The position numbers and the translations under genes were made by a program. Shown here piece after piece: positions 58,771-64,000 of a stretch of DNA of 64,000 nucleotides. The notes below the pieces were generated by a model. That model ran no database searches. It worked only from the letters and a program-made list of their open reading frames with translations, and was not told where the DNA came from. The stretch's first letter is position 1; every line of letters starts with the position of its first letter. This DNA comes from Gammaproteobacteria bacterium (lineage in GTDB: Bacteria; Pseudomonadota; Gammaproteobacteria; Magnimaribacterales; TMED112). The stretch covers positions 33,474-97,473 of the forward strand of contig JAYPTH010000001.1 in the NCBI GenBank assembly GCA_038133485.1. The letters run 5' to 3'.

Positions 58771-58847
58771 GGGCCTGTAGCTCAGTTGGTTAGAGCAGTG
58801 GACTCATAATCCATTGGTCCCAGGTTCGAGTCCTGGCGGGCCCACCA
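58771..58847 (+). tRNA. ileX: tRNA with CAU anticodon, probably tRNA-Ile2 (lysidine type); elongator tRNA-Met is not excluded
   Basis: I folded the cloverleaf by hand: acceptor GGGCCUG/CGGGCCC, anticodon loop CUCAUAA, T-loop GGTTCGAGTCC, and an encoded CCA. C4-G69 and C5-G68 match the TilS identity pairs. In E. coli ileX lies just past rpoD. Confidence 0.9.
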
Positions 58848-58882
58848 ATATCAAATAATTTCTATGTGGTATTATTTTTTCT

Positions 58883-60151
58883 ATGCAATCTCCTGTTAAT
58901 GAATCTCAAAGAATTGAAGTGCTTGATGTTGTTAGAGGATTTTCTTTACTGGGGATCTTATTGCTTAATATCATCGCCTTTGGGTTGTTATCCCAATCTT
59001 ACATTAATCCTTCATTGGATCTGCCCGACTCATTTACTATAGATTGGGCTATATGGGGCTTTATTGAAGTTACAGCTGAAGGTGCTATGCGTGGAATTTT
59101 TTCTATTCTTTTCGGGGCTGGGATTGTGCTGTTCTGTGCCAATAAATCAAAAGCAGATCAAAAACTATTTTTAAGAAGAAATTTTTTTTTACTGTGTTTT
59201 GGGATTGTTGATGCATATTTTTTGCTGTGGTACGGCGATATATTGATTACCTATGCAGTTGCCGGCTTTATCTTATATTTTTTGAGAAACTTGACTGGTA
59301 AGACTCTATTAAAAATTGCCGTTGCTATTTTATTTTTCACTGCGTTTCTAAATTATCTTGGCAAGGAAGTAATCACTTATTCAAAAAATGCTTATGTAGA
59401 GGTGAACTCATTTGAACAAACTGACATAACAGAAGAGAAAATATTATGGGCTGAAGCTTGGGATGAGTTTAGAGTCAATTATCAACCAAATGAAGCAGAG
59501 ATAGACGCGGAAGTGTCACAAAGAAGAGGCACTTATGCAGAAGTTTTTGCATGGAACGCTGAGCGCAAGAACATAGTGATTTATTCTCTGCCATTTTACC
59601 TCTGGGATATTTTTTTAATGATGGTCTTAGGTATGGCTTTATTCAAATTGGGGATCCTTCAAGGTGAACGAAATTTATCTTTCTATAAAAAGTTAGCAGT
59701 TATCAGTTTTGCAATTGGGTTAACCGTAAACTTTATTGAGTTGTATTTATTTACTTCATCCGGTTTTGACTATCGTTACTCAAGAGTGTTTTTGTCTTCA
59801 TATGATCTTGGCAGGTTGGGCATGGCATTGGGCTATATCTCCGTGATTAATATTGTTATTAAAGCTGATGTTTTTAAAGTTTTAAGGCAAAAATTACATA
59901 ATGTTGGAAGAATGGCTCTAACTAATTACATTCTGCATTCAATTATTTGTATGGTATTGTTCACTGGTATTGGTTTTGGTCTGGTTAATGAGCTAAGTCG
60001 TACAAACTTATATCTCATTGTGCTTGCTATATGGGTATTTCAAATTTATTTTTCGGGATATTGGCTTGAGAGATATCACGCAGGCCCTTTGGAATGGATG
60101 TGGCGAAATATGACATACAAGAGAACCTTCCAACTTAAAAGAAAGATATAG
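58883..60151 (+). CDS. DUF418 (YeiB-like) polytopic membrane protein
   Basis: Multi-TM protein with the C-terminal motif 'MALTNYILHS...GPLEWMWR'. Confidence 0.7.
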   Translation: MQSPVNESQRIEVLDVVRGFSLLGILLLNIIAFGLLSQSYINPSLDLPDSFTIDWAIWGFIEVTAEGAMRGIFSILFGAGIVLFCANKSKADQKLFLRRNFFLLCFGIVDAYFLLWYGDILITYAVAGFILYFLRNLTGKTLLKIAVAILFFTAFLNYLGKEVITYSKNAYVEVNSFEQTDITEEKILWAEAWDEFRVNYQPNEAEIDAEVSQRRGTYAEVFAWNAERKNIVIYSLPFYLWDIFLMMVLGMALFKLGILQGERNLSFYKKLAVISFAIGLTVNFIELYLFTSSGFDYRYSRVFLSSYDLGRLGMALGYISVINIVIKADVFKVLRQKLHNVGRMALTNYILHSIICMVLFTGIGFGLVNELSRTNLYLIVLAIWVFQIYFSGYWLERYHAGPLEWMWRNMTYKRTFQLKRKI

Positions 60152-60154
60152 AAA

Positions 60155-60625
60155 TTATTCTCTTATCTCTGCATAAACTTTACTGCTGCCATCTGAATAC
60201 ATGATCAATATATCATAAGGCATAAATCTATTGTCAAACTCCATTCCAGGTGATCCTAATGGCATGCCTGGCACGGTTAAACCGATTGCATTGGGATGAT
60301 TCTCAGAAAGAAATTTTTCAATAAACTTTGCAGGAATATGTCCTTCAAAAACATAACCATTAGAGGAAACAGTGGTATGGCATGATTGAAATTCTCGTTT
60401 TATATTGTATTTTTTCTTAATGTCATTAAGGCTCTGATAATCTTTTGTATAGGTAACAAACCCATTATTTTCAGCATGCTTAACCCATTCCTTGCAACAT
60501 CCGCAAGACGGAGTTTTATTTACCAATAAAAATAAATCTTTTATAGACTTATTCTCTTGGCCAATTGAATTATTGGCAAACAACGATGTAGCTAAAAGGA
60601 AAAGGCTTACTTTTTTAAGAATCAT
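60155..60625 (-). CDS. DUF411 (CopG-like) periplasmic metal-binding protein
   Basis: Contains 'CGCCKEW', 'SCHTT' and 'VPGMPLGSPGME', and has a signal peptide. Confidence 0.75.
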   Translation of the reverse strand: MILKKVSLFLLATSLFANNSIGQENKSIKDLFLLVNKTPSCGCCKEWVKHAENNGFVTYTKDYQSLNDIKKKYNIKREFQSCHTTVSSNGYVFEGHIPAKFIEKFLSENHPNAIGLTVPGMPLGSPGMEFDNRFMPYDILIMYSDGSSKVYAEIRE

Positions 60626-60656
60626 TATTTTGTATTTTATATTTTTTTTAATGTTA

Positions 60657-60686
60657 ATAAAAAAGGCTCCTTGCGGAGCCTTTATT
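60657..60686 (-). terminator. Rho-independent terminator downstream of katG
   Basis: The minus strand reads AAAGGCUCC-GCAA-GGAGCCUUU followed by UUUAUU. It was read directly from the sequence. Confidence 0.7.
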
Positions 60687-60702
60687 CAAAGATGCGATAT
60701 CT

Positions 60703-62942
<2,240 letters not shown>

Positions 62943-63845
62943 ATGATATCACATCAACAGATTAAATATGTATTGTCCGCAGCCAAGTATAGGAATTTTA
63001 AAAAAGCTGCTGATGCCTGTTATGTATCGCCATCAACACTCAGCAATGGCATTGTTCAGCTTGAAAAAATTTTAAATATTCAGGTTTTTGAACGAGATAA
63101 TAAAAAAGTCTTAATTACCAAAAAAGGGGAGCAAATCTTAGAAAAAATTAGAGCAATTAAGCTCCAGTATGATGATTTAGAGAAGATCTCAATTACACTA
63201 AGCGGTCAAGGCACCAATGAAATCTCAGTGGGGATTATTCCGACTATTGGGCCATATTTACTGCCTATAGTTTTGCCGCAGTTAAGCAAAAACTACCCAG
63301 ATATAAGTCTTAACATAATTGAAGGTAAGTCAGATGAAATAATAGATAAGGTAAGAGAGGGTGAAATAGATATGGCTATAATCGCATTACCTTATGATAT
63401 TAAGGGTTTGCTGAGCTTTAAATTCTGGAGTGAAAATTTTTTCTGGGTCACACACAAAGAAAATTTAAATGAAAACTCCGGCAAAATAACACAGGATGAA
63501 ATAAAAAAAGCAAATCTAATGTTATTGGAAGAAGGTCATTGTTTAAAAGAACATGCTCTTGCTGCATGCAACATCAAACAGGAAACAAAGTATGAAGTTA
63601 AGGCTTCAAACTTATCAACTCTTGTAGAGCTGGTTGCTGGAAAAATGGGATCAACTTTGGTCCCTCACATAGCGCTAAATCCATTAATTAAATCTAGGAA
63701 AAAACTGATAGCATTGGCTTTAGATGAGCCAGGACCTCACCGAGAAATTGCCATAATCATGCGCCCTGCTTACCCTAACATAAAAAATGTTGAAATACTT
63801 AAAGAAGAATTTGCCAAATCTTTAACCAAATCAATTAATATCTAG
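62943..63845 (+). CDS. oxyR: LysR-family hydrogen-peroxide sensor OxyR
   Basis: Has an N-terminal HTH. '[12 protein letters not shown]' places two Cys 9 residues apart, like E. coli C199/C208. It is divergent from katG. Confidence 0.85.
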   Translation: MISHQQIKYVLSAAKYRNFKKAADACYVSPSTLSNGIVQLEKILNIQVFERDNKKVLITKKGEQILEKIRAIKLQYDDLEKISITLSGQGTNEISVGIIPTIGPYLLPIVLPQLSKNYPDISLNIIEGKSDEIIDKVREGEIDMAIIALPYDIKGLLSFKFWSENFFWVTHKENLNENSGKITQDEIKKANLMLLEEGHCLKEHALAACNIKQETKYEVKASNLSTLVELVAGKMGSTLVPHIALNPLIKSRKKLIALALDEPGPHREIAIIMRPAYPNIKNVEILKEEFAKSLTKSINI

Positions 63846-63847
63846 TT

Positions 63848-64000
63848 GTGAACACCAAACTTCAAAAAATAGGGCTATATCCTGGTTCCTTTGATCCCAT
63901 AACTAAAGGACATATGGACATTGTTAAAAAAGCTTTAAATGTCTTTGATAAGGTTGTAATTGCTGTTGTAAAGAATAGCTCAAAAAATATGCTTTTTAAT
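63848..64000 (+). CDS. coaD: Phosphopantetheine adenylyltransferase, 5' fragment cut by the window edge
   Basis: GTG start. Contains the '[16 protein letters not shown]' (T/H)xGH motif. Confidence 0.85.
   Translation, partial: MNTKLQKIGLYPGSFDPITKGHMDIVKKALNVFDKVVIAVVKNSSKNMLFN

Overview
This window looks like a very compact, AT-rich chromosomal segment of a streamlined gammaproteobacterium. I judged GC at roughly one third by eye and did not compute it. Gene order is strongly Pseudomonas/E. coli-like, and a marine SAR86-like lineage is only a guess. Almost every gene is a recognisable core gene.

Gene content, in order:
- aa3 cytochrome c oxidase assembly cluster: ctaD (3' end)-cox11-coxC, DUF2909, surf1, a hypothetical, cox15-cyoE-sco1
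- qor-gshA-pckA-dsbB
- polA / engB / cytochrome c4-dsbA-cytochrome c5
- lysA-dapF-xerC-yigB-like
- tkt-pgk-fba-LOG-acs-SDR
- ubiE-ubiB-tatABC
- orn and miaB-ybeZ-ybeY-corC-lnt-ldt
- gpx, rpiA, and 5-FCL / 6S RNA / zapA
- lptD-surA-pdxA-rsmA-apaH-cca-SDR
- amgK-murU-rpe
- fis-purH-purD-coq7
- rsmE-gshB-ruvX-dnaG-rpoD followed by a tRNA(CAU)
- DUF418, DUF411, katG, oxyR and the coaD 5' end

I found no CRISPR array, transposase, phage block or recognisable defence or accessory multi-gene system. I do not claim a novel multi-gene system here.

The features not explained by the ORF track are small:
1. A GC-rich structured leader with competing hairpins lies in the only long intergenic gap (36.3 kb), ahead of a coupled 41-aa small ORF and a glutathione peroxidase.
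2. Four 11-bp tandem repeats plus an inverted copy lie next to a possible ArfA-like 43-aa ORF that overlaps the tatC 3' end (26.7-26.9 kb).
3. An unannotated 6S RNA has a closing helix that contains the start codon of the downstream 5-FCL gene.
4. tatA, a ubiK-like ORF and a qor-coupled small ORF all fall below the track's size cut-off.
5. Genome-compaction signatures are widespread: TTGA/ATGA junctions, convergent 3' overlaps, and 11-29 bp divergent gaps.
6. Some operon members and protein domains seen in model organisms are missing.

All family calls rest on motifs read from the translations and on remembered synteny. No database search was run.
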